NCBI RefSeq assembly: GCF_028368995.1
Contig: NZ_JAQNDL010000001.1
Location: 256,001-320,000, forward strand
Direction of reading: 5' to 3'
From: Nannocystis bainbridge
GTDB taxonomy: Bacteria; Myxococcota_A; Polyangia; Nannocystales; Nannocystaceae
Length of the DNA: 64,000 nt
The position numbers and the translations under genes are program-made. Positions 16,752-30,311 of this stretch are shown in pieces (the stretch's first letter is position 1; the number at the start of each line of letters is the position of its first letter). The notes beneath the pieces were generated by a model. It did no database searches. It had not been told where the DNA came from and saw nothing but the letters and a program-made list of their open reading frames with translations.

Positions 16752-19513
16752 AGCTCCGCGCGCCGCGACCCGCCTCCGACCTCCTGTCCGCGCCCGTCGC
16801 GGCGCCGCGCGCCGGCGCGCCCGACATGTCCTTCGGGACATCCGGAAGACCTCGCCGTCCCGCCACGGACCTGTCCTCCGGGACAGCTGCATCCACCCCG
16901 CGGCGCGCCGCCCTCCTCACCGGCCTCGGCGTCCTCCTGTCCTTCGGGACAGCTCACGCCCAGGAGCCACGCGCCCTCGACCGCGCCGTCTCTGACGGCG
17001 TCGAGCGCCCGATCAAGGACTACTCCGGCGAGGGTGACGCCAGCAGCATCGAGCTCAACCCCGCCCTGCTCTCGGCGGTCAAGGGCCTCGACTTCGTGTT
17101 CATGGGTTACCGCTCGATCAGCCCGTTCACGCGCGGCGGCGGCCTCGGCGGCTTCATGAGCTTCAACCTCGGCTTCGGCATGGCCACCGGCATCGGCGTG
17201 CAGGCGCTGCGGCCCGGCTTCGGCGGCGGGTATCCCGACCCCTTCGCCCTGCGCAACCCTGACGCCACCAAGATCTCGTGGGCCCTCTCGGGCGGCGACG
17301 GCAAGATCGCCGCCTTCGGCCTCGGCGTGCACTGGCTGCGGGCTGACGGCCTCCTGCGCGCCCCCGACCTCGACGTCGGCCTCCTGCTGCGGATCCGCAA
17401 CTACGCCTCGATCGGCGCCGTCGCTCGCTTCGGCGCCGCCGACCTCCGGGCCTACGGCGACCTCGCCAGCGAGCTCTCGATCCTCGGCGAGCTCGCCCTC
17501 CGGCCGCTCGGTAACCGCACCCTCGAGCTCGCCGGCGGCGTACGCGGCCGCTTCCGCGTCGACCAACCTGGCCTTCGGTTCAGCCAGTGGGACAACCTCG
17601 GCGCCCTCCCGCGCGGCCGCATCGCCGTGCGTCACAAGGGCCTCGAGCTCGCCGCCGAGGTCGAGCAGGTCCGCGTCCACACCCTCGATCCTTCGACCTA
17701 CAACTTCGTGCGCGCCGACAAGGCCGTGCGCGGCTCGGTCCAGCTCGCGGTCGCCTGGGACTTCATGAAGGTCAGCGGCGGCGTGCACGCCGGCCTCGGC
17801 GAGGGCGTCGACGGCTTCGGCCTCGCTGCCCGCTTCTCGACCGCGCGCCAGGGTCGCGTGTTTTGGCCGCGCCTCGTCGACGTCGAGCGCGTCGACCTGT
17901 CCGCGATCAAGGGCGAGCGCCACCTGCTCGGCCTCTTGCAGCGGCTCGAGCGGGCCGAGAAGGCCGGCGCGCGCACCATCCTGCTCGTCGACGCGCGCAG
18001 CACCGGCCTCGGCTGGGCCAGCCTGCAGGAGATCCGCGGCGCCCTGGTCCGGATCCGCAACGCCGGCGGCCACGTCTTCGCCTACCTCGAGGACACCAAG
18101 CTCAAGGACTACTACCTCGCCAGCGCCGCCGAGCAGGTGTTCCTCCACCCTGCCGGCGAGCTCGCCACCTTCGGCCTCGCCTCGACCACCTTCTACCTGC
18201 GCGGCCTGCTCGACAAGCTCGGCGTCCAGGTCGAGGCGCTGCACATCGACGAGTACAAGTCCGCCCACGAGATGTTCTCGCGGACAGGTCCGTCCGACAA
18301 GGACGTCGAGCAGCGCGAGGCCCTGCTCGACGACACCTTCGCCCAGATCACCCACGACATCGCCCAGGCCCGCGGTCTCAGCATCGCCCAGGTCCAGGGC
18401 CTCGTCGACGACGCCCCCTACGGCCCTGCCAAGGCCAAGCAGCTCGGCCTCGTCGACGCCGTCGTCTTCCGCGACCAGGTCGTCGAGAAGATCGGCGACG
18501 CCGTCGGCGCGCGCGTCAAGTTCGCCCAGTTCGACGACACCGAACCTGACCCGAAGACCTGGTCGACCGCGCCCTACGTCGCCGTCGTGCTCGTCGAGGG
18601 CACCATCGTCGACGGCGAGAGCCGCACCATCCCGCTGCTCGGCACCCAGTTCACCGGCGGCGACACCATCGTCGCCCAGCTGCGGGCCGTGCGAAACGAC
18701 CCCGCCTGTCAGGGCGTCGTCCTGCGCGTCAACAGCCCCGGCGGCAGCGCCCTCGCCTCCGACGTCATCTGGCGCGAGGTCTCGCGCACCCACGAGGCGT
18801 GGAAGAAGAACCCGCGCAAGAGCCCGCCGATCGTCGTCTCGATGGGCGACGTCGCCGCCAGCGGTGGTTACTACGTCGCCGCCGGCACCGACCACGTGTT
18901 CGCCCAGCCCACCACCCTCACCGGCTCGATCGGCGTCGTCTCCTTGCACTTCGACGTGAGCGGCCTGCTCGCCAAGCTCGGCGTCGCCACCCACACCTTC
19001 AAGCGCGGCAAGAACGCCGACATCTCCGGCCTCTACCGCCCCTACAGCCCCGACGAGCGCGCCCGCATGGACGCCTCGATCCGCCGCGTCTACGACCTCT
19101 TCCTCAAGCGCGTCGCCGACGCCCGCGGCAAGACCCCCGAGCAGGTCGACGCCCTCGGCCGCGGCCACGTCTACTCCGGCACCGACGCCAAGCAGCTCGG
19201 CCTCGTCGACGCCTTCGGCGGCCTGCGCGAGGCCGTCGCCCTCGTGCGCCAGCGCAGCGGCGTCGGCGAGCGCCGCGACCTCCAGCTGCGCATCGTCCCG
19301 GCCCGCAAGGGCATCCTCGAGCTCGTCCTCGACCTGCTCGGCCCCGATCGCGGCGACAAGGGCCTGCGCGGCCGGATCCAGGCCCGCCGCGACGCCGAGC
19401 CCCCGCTCCCGCTGGTCCTCACCACCGCGATCGCCCGCCTCCCCCTCGGCCTCCTGTTCCTCCCGCAAGATCAACCGAGCGCCCTCATGCCGGTCGTGCA
19501 CACGATCGAGTGA
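16748..19513 (+). CDS. sppA: Signal peptide peptidase SppA (S49) fused to an N-terminal beta-strand-rich domain
   Basis: YYLASAA, EYKSA, RVNSPGGSALASD, SMGDVAASGGYY, TGSIGV, GHVYSG. Start is GTG16748 or ATG16826. Confidence 0.88.
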   Translation: MKLRAPRPASDLLSAPVAAPRAGAPDMSFGTSGRPRRPATDLSSGTAASTPRRAALLTGLGVLLSFGTAHAQEPRALDRAVSDGVERPIKDYSGEGDASSIELNPALLSAVKGLDFVFMGYRSISPFTRGGGLGGFMSFNLGFGMATGIGVQALRPGFGGGYPDPFALRNPDATKISWALSGGDGKIAAFGLGVHWLRADGLLRAPDLDVGLLLRIRNYASIGAVARFGAADLRAYGDLASELSILGELALRPLGNRTLELAGGVRGRFRVDQPGLRFSQWDNLGALPRGRIAVRHKGLELAAEVEQVRVHTLDPSTYNFVRADKAVRGSVQLAVAWDFMKVSGGVHAGLGEGVDGFGLAARFSTARQGRVFWPRLVDVERVDLSAIKGERHLLGLLQRLERAEKAGARTILLVDARSTGLGWASLQEIRGALVRIRNAGGHVFAYLEDTKLKDYYLASAAEQVFLHPAGELATFGLASTTFYLRGLLDKLGVQVEALHIDEYKSAHEMFSRTGPSDKDVEQREALLDDTFAQITHDIAQARGLSIAQVQGLVDDAPYGPAKAKQLGLVDAVVFRDQVVEKIGDAVGARVKFAQFDDTEPDPKTWSTAPYVAVVLVEGTIVDGESRTIPLLGTQFTGGDTIVAQLRAVRNDPACQGVVLRVNSPGGSALASDVIWREVSRTHEAWKKNPRKSPPIVVSMGDVAASGGYYVAAGTDHVFAQPTTLTGSIGVVSLHFDVSGLLAKLGVATHTFKRGKNADISGLYRPYSPDERARMDASIRRVYDLFLKRVADARGKTPEQVDALGRGHVYSGTDAKQLGLVDAFGGLREAVALVRQRSGVGERRDLQLRIVPARKGILELVLDLLGPDRGDKGLRGRIQARRDAEPPLPLVLTTAIARLPLGLLFLPQDQPSALMPVVHTIE

Positions 19514-19757
19514 CGCCCTGCGAGGCGAGTGACCGCGTGATCCACCAGCGTCGCCTCGAGATCGCGCAGCTTCGTGGCGAGCACCGCGTGTGCCGCCGCG
19601 ACGAGCGACCTTTCGCCGCTGCGAGGTTCCCCGTGAGCGCCTTCTGCGACCGCGGCGCCGATCGCGTCGGGTTCACGCCGCACCTTGCTGCCGCCTTCAC
19701 ACGCAACCGCCTTCGTCTGGCGCGCCCGCGGCCGCTCGCGCACACTGCATCCGCCGC

Positions 19758-22786
<3,029 letters not shown>

Positions 22787-22787
<1 letters not shown>

Positions 22788-22880
22788 CGCCTGTCCTCCA
22801 GGGCATGTCCGCGAGGACCTGCGCGAAAGCGCATGTCTTTTCGAACATGCACGAAAGGGCATGCCCTCGCGGACATGCCC
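22787..22880. repeat. Seven-unit 14-bp-period palindromic array
   Basis: gcgcctgtcc-tcca-gggcatgtcc-gcga-ggacctgcgc-gaaa-gcgcatgtct-tttc-gaacatgcac-gaaa-gggcatgccc-tcgc-ggacatgccc, between convergent stop codons. Confidence 0.9.
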
Positions 22881-22904
22881 GTCACGCCCGCGTCCGCGAC
22901 CCGC

Positions 22905-23630
22905 TCACGACCCGCCGCCGAGCAGCTGCTCGACCTCGGCCTGCGAGCCGAGCACCCGGCGGGACAGCTCGAAGTACAGCTCGCGCTCGCGGCCGCCGCG
23001 GCGGCTGGCGCGGAGGATCGGCACCAGCGAGTGCAGCGCCTTGACCCGCTCCTCGAGGTCCAGCGTCAGCAGGCGCTCGACCAGCGAGTCCAGGGTCGGC
23101 GGCTTGTGCAGCAGCTCGGACAGCTCGACGCGGCGGCCGACCGGGATCGGCAGGCGCTCGAGCAGGTTGTCGAAGTGAATCGCCTCGTGGAAATCGAGGT
23201 GGCCGTCGAGGTTGACGAACATCGCCGCCAGGCCGACGGTCAGCTCGGCGCGCAGGTGGGCCTGCTGGGTCCAGGTGTCGCGCAGCTGGGCGACGTGGTC
23301 GAGGTCGACCCCGAGGCGGCGGGCGATGCGGTCGTGCACGGTCGCCTCGACGTCCGAGCCGGTGCCGTCGGCCAGCGCCATCTGCCAGCAGCGGCGCAGC
23401 ACGTCCTCGAACCGGGACTCGTCGGTCAGGGGCGCCAGGTCGTGGAAGCGGCGCTCGAGCTGCTCCTGGCGCGACAGGATCTCCATCCACACCATCTGAT
23501 CCTGCTCGCTCAGGGTCGAGCCGACGTAACGCAACACTTCGTCCCACTCGCCGATGTCGAGGATCTCGTCGGCGTGGGCGATGAGCCCGCAGCCCACCAG
23601 AATCCATTCTTGCTCGGAAGTGAGCGCCAC
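22905..23630 (-). CDS. TerB family protein (tandem TerB-like domains)
   Basis: Repeated A/LDG-x-E helical motifs: IAHADEILDIGE, MALADGTGSDVE, NLDGHLDFHE; GTG start. Confidence 0.72.
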   Translation of the reverse strand: MALTSEQEWILVGCGLIAHADEILDIGEWDEVLRYVGSTLSEQDQMVWMEILSRQEQLERRFHDLAPLTDESRFEDVLRRCWQMALADGTGSDVEATVHDRIARRLGVDLDHVAQLRDTWTQQAHLRAELTVGLAAMFVNLDGHLDFHEAIHFDNLLERLPIPVGRRVELSELLHKPPTLDSLVERLLTLDLEERVKALHSLVPILRASRRGGRERELYFELSRRVLGSQAEVEQLLGGGS

Positions 23631-23688
23631 CTTGCCTCTCTTTCGCCTGCCCGCAGGGTACAACAGATCGACCGGAGGGGCGGCCGGG

Positions 23689-26418
23689 CTACTCGACCTC
23701 GATCGTCTCCTCTGCCAGGGCCAGCTCGCTGGGATGCTCCGACAGCCACAGGCTCGGCGGGAGCCGGCGCAGCACCCACACCATCGCCGACTCCCCCAGG
23801 CCGAGCGGCGACGGCAGCTTGAGCCCGAAGAGCGCGCTGATCTGGTCGCCGAGGGTCGGCGGCGCCGGCACGTGGCGCACCTCGCCCTCACCCGGCTTCA
23901 GCGCGGCCCGCTCGCGGGCGTAGGCCACGGCCTCGCGCAGCCCGCCGTACGCGTCGACGAGGCCGAGCTCGCGCGCCCGCACCCCGCTCCACACCCGTCC
24001 GCGGGCCAGCGCGTCGACCTGCTCCGGCGTCAGCTTGCGCGCCTTCGCCACCCGCGCCGTGAACTCCCGGTAGCTGGCGTCGACGCCGGCCTGGGCCGCC
24101 GCCCGCTCGTCCTCGCTGTACGGCTTGAACCACGTGTAGAGCCCGCCGCGCGCGCCGTAGTCGACCGACTCGACCTTGACCCCGAACTTCTCGAGCACGC
24201 CCGACACGTCGACCTTCGGGCGGAACACGCCGATGCTGCCGGTCTTGGTGGTCGCGTCGGCGAAGATGTAGCTGCCCGCGGTCGCCACGTAGTAGCCGCC
24301 GGACGCCGCCACGTCGCCGAACGAGATCACGACCGGCTTGATCTTCGCCACCCGGTCGAGCGCGCGCGCCATGTCGTCCGACGCCGCCACCGACCCGCCC
24401 GGGCTGTCGATGCGCACCACCACCGCCTTGACCCGCCGGTCCTCGCGCAGGCGATCGATCGCCCGCACCAGCGTGTCGCCGCCGGCCAGCACGCTGCCGA
24501 CGATCGGGACCGTCAGGCTCGCGCCGTCGCTGATGGTGCCCTCGACGTGGACCACCGCGATCGCCGGACCTGGCCCGAAGGACATGTCATGCACCGGCAG
24601 CGCGCTCGGGGCCCGCAGCGTCACCTTGCGCGCCAGCCACTTCTCCAGCTCGCCCTCGAGCTCGTCGGCGTAGCCGATCGCGTCGATCATCCCGGCTCGC
24701 AGCGCCTGCTCGGCCGTGTGCGGCGCCGTGTCGATCCACTGCACCACCTGCTCCGGCGTGGTCTTGCGGTTCTGCGCCACCGTCCGCACCACGTGGTTCC
24801 AGATGTCGGTCAGCAGCAGCCGCCGCTGCGCGTCCGACTCCGGCGTCGGCCCCGTGCGCTCCCACTGCTCGGGCCGCGACTTGTACTCGTACGCCCGCAC
24901 GAACTCGGCCTTGGCCCCGAGGCGCCCGAGCAGCTCCGCGTAGTAGAACACCTCCGAGCGCATGCCGACGATCGACAGCCGCGCCCCCGGGTGCAGGATC
25001 ACCCGGTCGGCCGCGGTCGCCAGGAAGTAATCCTTCAGCCCCGCCCCGCGCAGGTACACCGCTACCTTGCCGCCGCGCGCCCGCACCCGCAGCATCGCCT
25101 CGCGGATCTCCTCGATCTCGCCCCACCCGTTGCCCGAGCCGTCGACCTCGAGCGCCACCACGGCGCGGCCCTGTCGCTGCTCCGACGCCTTGTCGAGCGC
25201 GTCGACCAGCCTGCCCGCCCCGCGGTCGCCGGCGTAGCGATCGACGTCGAAGCGCAGCGCCTCGAGCGGCGCCTGGGCCAGCGTCGCATAGCGCTCGGCC
25301 GACGCCCGCAGCTTGAACGCCCCGCCCTGCGCCCCGAAGCCGTCGGCCCCGTTCGGCCCGAGCACCGGCGCTGCCGCCACGCCGACGTGGGTAAAGTCGA
25401 GCTCGAGCCCGACCATCGCCCGCAGCGCGTCGGTGGCCTCGCGCTGGCCGACGGTGTTGACGTAGTAGCGCTCGACCTCGCCGAACAGCCGCCACGCCGC
25501 GCCGCCGGCCGCGATCCGCCCGCGCGGCGCCAGCACCGGCGTATGGAACCGCGGGTCGGCGTTCGGCAGCGGCACCACCCGCGCCCCGACCCCGAGCTCG
25601 AGCGCGCGCGAGCCCTTGATCGGCCGCACCGCCACCTCGGCGTCGAGCTCGAACGGCTGGCGGCGATCGAGGATGCCCGGCCGCGGCGGCTCGGGGATTC
25701 GCAGGTCCTGGCCCGCGCGCGGCGTGTTGATCGCCCGCGCCACCAACCCGAGCGCCACGTAGCGGCTCGGGCGATAGGCCAGCGACAGCTCGGCCTGGTG
25801 CAGCCGCTGCGCGTAGAGGTTGCGCTCCGACCACGTGCGCGCGTAGCTGATGCCGAGCGACAGCCCCGGGGCCCAGCGCATCAGCGGCACCGCGGCTGCC
25901 AGCGTCAGCTTGTTGTAGTCGAGGTCGGCCGGGTACCAGTCGTCGCGGTACCACTCGACGGAGTCCTGGCTCGGCAGGCGCCCGCAGCCGAACGGGCACA
26001 GCCGCTGATAACCTGCCCCGAGGGACAGGAAGGTGTCGGCGAGCTTCTGCCCGAACAGCTTGAGCTGCAGCGGCACCGCCACGAACACCCCGAAGCCGCC
26101 GCCGCGCCGCTGCGACGTCGCCCGCGTGTAGTTGCCCGCCAGCACCCCGCTGAACCCGCGCAGGAACCCCATCGCCGCCGGGTTGACCGCCACCGCCGCC
26201 GCGTCGATCTCGCCGGCCACGTGGCTCTGCGGCATGTCGATGTCGCGCAGCAGTGAGCGGCCCTCGCCCGCCCCGAACGGCGCCGGCTCCGGCGGGGCCG
26301 CGTGGGCCGACGTCGCCAGCGCGAAGGCCCCCAGCGCGCACACGCCCACGGCCCGGCGACGCCGCGACGTCGCGCCCGCAGGACCACCGTAAACCACCGA
26401 GCGAGCACGAGCGGCCAT
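23689..26418 (-). CDS. sppA: Second SppA (S49) with N-terminal beta-strand-rich domain
   Basis: EYKSRPE, RIDSPGGSVAASD, SFGDVAASGGYY, TGSIGV, GRVWSG; signal peptide; AVNPAAMG. Confidence 0.88.
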   Translation of the reverse strand: MAARARSVVYGGPAGATSRRRRAVGVCALGAFALATSAHAAPPEPAPFGAGEGRSLLRDIDMPQSHVAGEIDAAAVAVNPAAMGFLRGFSGVLAGNYTRATSQRRGGGFGVFVAVPLQLKLFGQKLADTFLSLGAGYQRLCPFGCGRLPSQDSVEWYRDDWYPADLDYNKLTLAAAVPLMRWAPGLSLGISYARTWSERNLYAQRLHQAELSLAYRPSRYVALGLVARAINTPRAGQDLRIPEPPRPGILDRRQPFELDAEVAVRPIKGSRALELGVGARVVPLPNADPRFHTPVLAPRGRIAAGGAAWRLFGEVERYYVNTVGQREATDALRAMVGLELDFTHVGVAAAPVLGPNGADGFGAQGGAFKLRASAERYATLAQAPLEALRFDVDRYAGDRGAGRLVDALDKASEQRQGRAVVALEVDGSGNGWGEIEEIREAMLRVRARGGKVAVYLRGAGLKDYFLATAADRVILHPGARLSIVGMRSEVFYYAELLGRLGAKAEFVRAYEYKSRPEQWERTGPTPESDAQRRLLLTDIWNHVVRTVAQNRKTTPEQVVQWIDTAPHTAEQALRAGMIDAIGYADELEGELEKWLARKVTLRAPSALPVHDMSFGPGPAIAVVHVEGTISDGASLTVPIVGSVLAGGDTLVRAIDRLREDRRVKAVVVRIDSPGGSVAASDDMARALDRVAKIKPVVISFGDVAASGGYYVATAGSYIFADATTKTGSIGVFRPKVDVSGVLEKFGVKVESVDYGARGGLYTWFKPYSEDERAAAQAGVDASYREFTARVAKARKLTPEQVDALARGRVWSGVRARELGLVDAYGGLREAVAYARERAALKPGEGEVRHVPAPPTLGDQISALFGLKLPSPLGLGESAMVWVLRRLPPSLWLSEHPSELALAEETIEVE

Positions 26419-29069
26419 CACGGCTGAACCCATACCACGGTCACGCCCTCGCCGCCCTCGCGCTGCAGGCCCGGGCGCTTGCGGTGGATGAACGGCTGCT
26501 CGGCCAGGTACTCGCGCACCGCCTTGCGCAGGGCCCCGGTGCCGTGGCCGTGGATCACCACCACCACCTCGAGGTCCTTCTGCATCGCCTCGTCGAGGAA
26601 GCGATCGATCGTCCGCAGCGCGTCCTCGGCCCGCGCCCCGCGGACATCCACGCTGTTGTCGATGCCGACCTCGATCGCCGCCGCCGACTCCCCGAAGTGC
26701 TTGCTCGCCGTCGAAGGCAGCGGCTCCGGCACCTCCCACCGGCGCACCGGCGCCGCCACGCCCGGCTTCACCTTCGCCCGCGTGCGCGTCGGAGTCCGCA
26801 GCGAGCGCAGCTCCGTCAGCGGCACCGTCGTCTTCAGCGCCTCGACCTGGACCACCGCGCGCTCGCCCTGCACCGCCAGCACCTCGCCCTGCTTGCCGAG
26901 CGACACCACCATCACCCGCTCGCCCGGCACCAGCTGCACCGGCGGCTCGCCCGGGGCCTTCGGGGCCGGCTCGCGCCGCTCCGCCAATTGCCCGCGCCCG
27001 GCCTGCAGCCCGCCCTTGGCCGCCTCCAGCGCCACGTCGAGCTTGCCCTCCTTCTCGGCCTTGCGCACCTGCTTGCGCAGATCGGCCACCTCGGCGTGCA
27101 GCGCCCGCAGCTCCGCCGACGCCGCGTCGTACGCCTTTTGCTTGCGGCTCTTGGCCTGCTCGAGCGCCGCCGCCTCGCGCCTGGCCACCTCCTGGTTGCG
27201 CCGGCGCAGCTCGTCCCGCTCGCGGTCGACCTCCAGCCGCGTCGTGATCAGCCGGTCGCGCTCCGCCACCACCTCCTGAAGCAGTTGGTCGACCCGCAGC
27301 CGGCCCTCGTCCATCAGCCCCTGCGCCACCTGCAGCACCGGCTCCGGCAGCCCCAGGCGGCGCGCCACCGTCAGCGCGCTCGACGGCCCCGGCACCCCGA
27401 TCAGCAGGCGGAACGTCGGCATCAACTTCTCGAGATCGAAGCCCACCGACGCGTTGATGAAGCGCCCGGGGAACCGCTGCGCCAGCAGCTTGAGCCGCTC
27501 GTAGTGGGTCGTCGTCACCACCGACGCCCCGTGCTCCGTCAGCGCCAGCAGGATCGCCTCGGCCAGCGCCGCGCCCTGCTCCGGATCGGTGCCGACCGCG
27601 ATCTCGTCGAGCAGCACCAGCGTCCCGCCGTGCTCGACCTGCGCCGACGCCAGCGCCGCGCACACGTGCTGCATGTGCGCCGAGAACGTGCTGAGGTTGG
27701 CCGCGATCGACTGGTCGTCGCCGACGTCCGTCACGATCGCCCGCACCAGGGGCAGCCGCGCCGGTCGCCGCGTCGGCAGCCGCAGCCCCGCCTGCGCCAT
27801 CAGGGCGCACAGCCCCAGCGTCTTGAGCGCGACCGTCTTGCCGCCCGCGTTCGGCCCGCTGATCACCAGCGCCGACCCGAGCTCGAGCAGGATGTCGTTC
27901 GGCACCACCTCGACGCCCGACAGCACCATCAACGGGTGGCGCGCGCCGATCAGCTCGAAGCGGTCCATCGCCGCCTCGTCCTCGCTCGCGCGCGCCGCCC
28001 CGACCTCGGGCGCCAGCCCGTGGTACGCGTCGGCGAAGCGCAGCCGCGCGTGGATGGCGTCGAGCGCGATCAGCTGCTGTTGATTGGCGCGCAGCTGGGC
28101 CGCCGCGATCCCGACGCTGCGGCTCAGCTGCTCGAGCACTCGCCGCTCCTCCGCCGCCGCTTGCATCTGCGCCGCGCGCAGCGAGTTGTTCTCCTCCATC
28201 AACTCGCTCGGCTCGACGAACAGCGTCTGCCCGGTCGCGCTGCTGTCGTGGATGATGCCGGTCAGCGAGCCGCGGCGCGTGAACGCGTCGGCGCGGACCG
28301 GCAGCACGATCCGGCCCTCGCGCTCGGTGTAGTACGAGTCCTGCAGCACCTCGGCCACACCTGACTGTTTGACCAGGCGACTCGCCGCCTTCATGAGCGA
28401 CGCCTTGAGCTCGCGGACCCGCTGCCGCGCCTTTTGCAGCCCGGGGCTGGCGCCGTCGACCACCCACGGCTCGCCCTCCGGGCCGTCGGGCGCGATCGAT
28501 CGGCCGAGCGCGCCGGCCAGCTCGCGCTGGGGGTGGAGCTCCCCGAGCCGGGTCGCCAGCGTGAGCACCCCGGGATCGCTCGCGTAGCCCCGCTCGGCCG
28601 CGACCGCCGCGTTCAGATCCACGCACAGCTTCACCGCCTGCAACTGGCGCAGGGCTGCGAGCAGTTCCGCGGGCAGCAGCATCACGCCGCGGCTCGCGCG
28701 CATGACCGCGTCGGAGATGTCGCTCAGTGCCCCCAGAGCGTCCGCCAAATTGCCGGGGCCGCCCGACTCGCGGGCCAGGGACGCCTGCACGGCCAGGAGC
28801 GCCTGCAGCCCGTCCTGCTCGGACAGCAGGGTTCGCACCTGCGCCGGTTCGGAGGTCCGCCGCAGCACCGGCGCCGCGTCGGCTTCGTACGGCTTGCGGG
28901 CCAGCTCCGCCGCGACCTCGGCCTGCAGCAGCGAGCGGGCCATCGGCGTGCGCAGGTGTTCGGCGAGGCGCTCGCACAGGAGCGGCCAGCCGAGGTGAAC
29001 GAGCACCGAGCGGCTGCTCGGCGAGCTCGTCCCGGTCTTGGTGGTTCGCGAATTCTCCGGGCCGTTCAC
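26418..29069 (-). CDS. mutS2: MutS2 family ATPase/endonuclease with Smr domain
   Basis: HDSSATGQTLFVEP, ARHPL, GPNAGGKT (Walker A), LSTFSAHM, LLDEIAVGTDPEQG, TTHY, Smr motif VIHGHGTGALR. Confidence 0.95.
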   Translation of the reverse strand: MNGPENSRTTKTGTSSPSSRSVLVHLGWPLLCERLAEHLRTPMARSLLQAEVAAELARKPYEADAAPVLRRTSEPAQVRTLLSEQDGLQALLAVQASLARESGGPGNLADALGALSDISDAVMRASRGVMLLPAELLAALRQLQAVKLCVDLNAAVAAERGYASDPGVLTLATRLGELHPQRELAGALGRSIAPDGPEGEPWVVDGASPGLQKARQRVRELKASLMKAASRLVKQSGVAEVLQDSYYTEREGRIVLPVRADAFTRRGSLTGIIHDSSATGQTLFVEPSELMEENNSLRAAQMQAAAEERRVLEQLSRSVGIAAAQLRANQQQLIALDAIHARLRFADAYHGLAPEVGAARASEDEAAMDRFELIGARHPLMVLSGVEVVPNDILLELGSALVISGPNAGGKTVALKTLGLCALMAQAGLRLPTRRPARLPLVRAIVTDVGDDQSIAANLSTFSAHMQHVCAALASAQVEHGGTLVLLDEIAVGTDPEQGAALAEAILLALTEHGASVVTTTHYERLKLLAQRFPGRFINASVGFDLEKLMPTFRLLIGVPGPSSALTVARRLGLPEPVLQVAQGLMDEGRLRVDQLLQEVVAERDRLITTRLEVDRERDELRRRNQEVARREAAALEQAKSRKQKAYDAASAELRALHAEVADLRKQVRKAEKEGKLDVALEAAKGGLQAGRGQLAERREPAPKAPGEPPVQLVPGERVMVVSLGKQGEVLAVQGERAVVQVEALKTTVPLTELRSLRTPTRTRAKVKPGVAAPVRRWEVPEPLPSTASKHFGESAAAIEVGIDNSVDVRGARAEDALRTIDRFLDEAMQKDLEVVVVIHGHGTGALRKAVREYLAEQPFIHRKRPGLQREGGEGVTVVWVQP

Positions 29070-29257
29070 GGCCGCGGATTATGCCCCGTTCCCGCGCCGG
29101 GGACTTCCGAGCGCGCGCCGCCTGCGAACACGCCGCGCCTGAAATCGCCCGCCGGCGCACGCGCGCCCGCGCGTCTCTGTCTCGGCCGTCACGTGTTGCG
29201 CGTGGCGAATTTTCGACTAGGCACGCATGGCGCAAACGGGATAGGGTACGTTACCCG

Positions 29258-29734
29258 ATGATGCGCGCCTTATCGCTTGTCATCCTCCTGGCCGGTTACT
29301 GGGCGCTGCTGTCCGGACAGTTCCACAACGGCTTCCTCATCACCTGCGGCGTGCTCTGCATCGCCTTCGTGTGCTGGATGGCGAGCCGGATGGGGCTCAT
29401 CGACGACGAGGGCGCCCCCGCGCGCTACTACGTCGGACTGCTGCTGTATGTGCCCTACATCGCCTGGCAGGTCATCCTCGCCAACTGGGACGTGCTGAAG
29501 CGGATCTGGTCCAGCGAGCTGGCCATCGATCCACGCCTCACCCGGATCCGCCACGGCACGCGGGCCGGCTTCGTCACCGTCACCTACGCCAACTCGATCA
29601 CGCTCACGCCCGGCACGGTGACGATGGAGGTCACCGAGACCGAGATGCTGGTCCTCTCGCTCACCAAGGAGGGCGAGGACGGCCTGATCGACGGCGACAT
29701 GGAGCGCCGCTGCAAGCGCCTGGAGGGCGGTTGA
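29258..29734 (+). CDS. mnhE: Na+/H+ antiporter subunit E
   Basis: WALLSG, ANWDV, ANSITLTPGTVT. Confidence 0.9.
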   Translation: MMRALSLVILLAGYWALLSGQFHNGFLITCGVLCIAFVCWMASRMGLIDDEGAPARYYVGLLLYVPYIAWQVILANWDVLKRIWSSELAIDPRLTRIRHGTRAGFVTVTYANSITLTPGTVTMEVTETEMLVLSLTKEGEDGLIDGDMERRCKRLEGG

Positions 29735-29997
29735 TGTCCACGGTCTACCTGATCACCGCCGTCGTCCTGATCGTCGGCGCCTTCATGCTCCTCTACCGCG
29801 CGCTGGCGGGGCCGACGGTCTACGACACGATCCTCGCCACCAACGCGATCGGCACCAAGACGATCGTGTTCGTGATCCTGCTCGGTTACATCAGCGGCCG
29901 GACCGAGTTCATCGACATGGCGATCATCTACGCGCTGATCACCTTCATCACCACGATCGCCATCCTCAAGTACATCGAGAAAGGTCGGCTCGACTAG
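29734..29997 (+). CDS. mnhF: Na+/H+ antiporter subunit F
   Basis: RALAGPTVYD, IDMAIIYAL; three TM helices. Confidence 0.9.
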   Translation: MSTVYLITAVVLIVGAFMLLYRALAGPTVYDTILATNAIGTKTIVFVILLGYISGRTEFIDMAIIYALITFITTIAILKYIEKGRLD

Positions 29998-29999
29998 CC

Positions 30000-30311
30000 A
30001 TGCACTGGAACGAAGTCGTCTGCACCGTCCTGCTCGCGCTCGGCTGCGTCATCAGCTTCTCCGGCTCCTACGGCGTCCTCAAGTTCCCCGACTTCTACGC
30101 CCGCTTGCACGCGGCCGGCAAGACCGACTCGCTGGCGCAGGTGCTCATGCTGCTGGGCCTCGTGTTCGTCACGCCCGACGTGCTGACGCAGATCAAGCTG
30201 ATGCTGGTCGCCTTCATCCTTTTGATCGTCGCGCCGACCGCCACCTTCGCCATCACCCGCGCCGCCCACCTCGACGGCCTGCGCCCGTGGACGCGAGGAG
30301 GCCCGCAGTGA
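30000..30311 (+). CDS. mnhG: Na+/H+ antiporter subunit G
   Basis: KFPDFYARLHAAGKTD and P-x-A-x-AITRAA. Confidence 0.9.
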   Translation: MHWNEVVCTVLLALGCVISFSGSYGVLKFPDFYARLHAAGKTDSLAQVLMLLGLVFVTPDVLTQIKLMLVAFILLIVAPTATFAITRAAHLDGLRPWTRGGPQ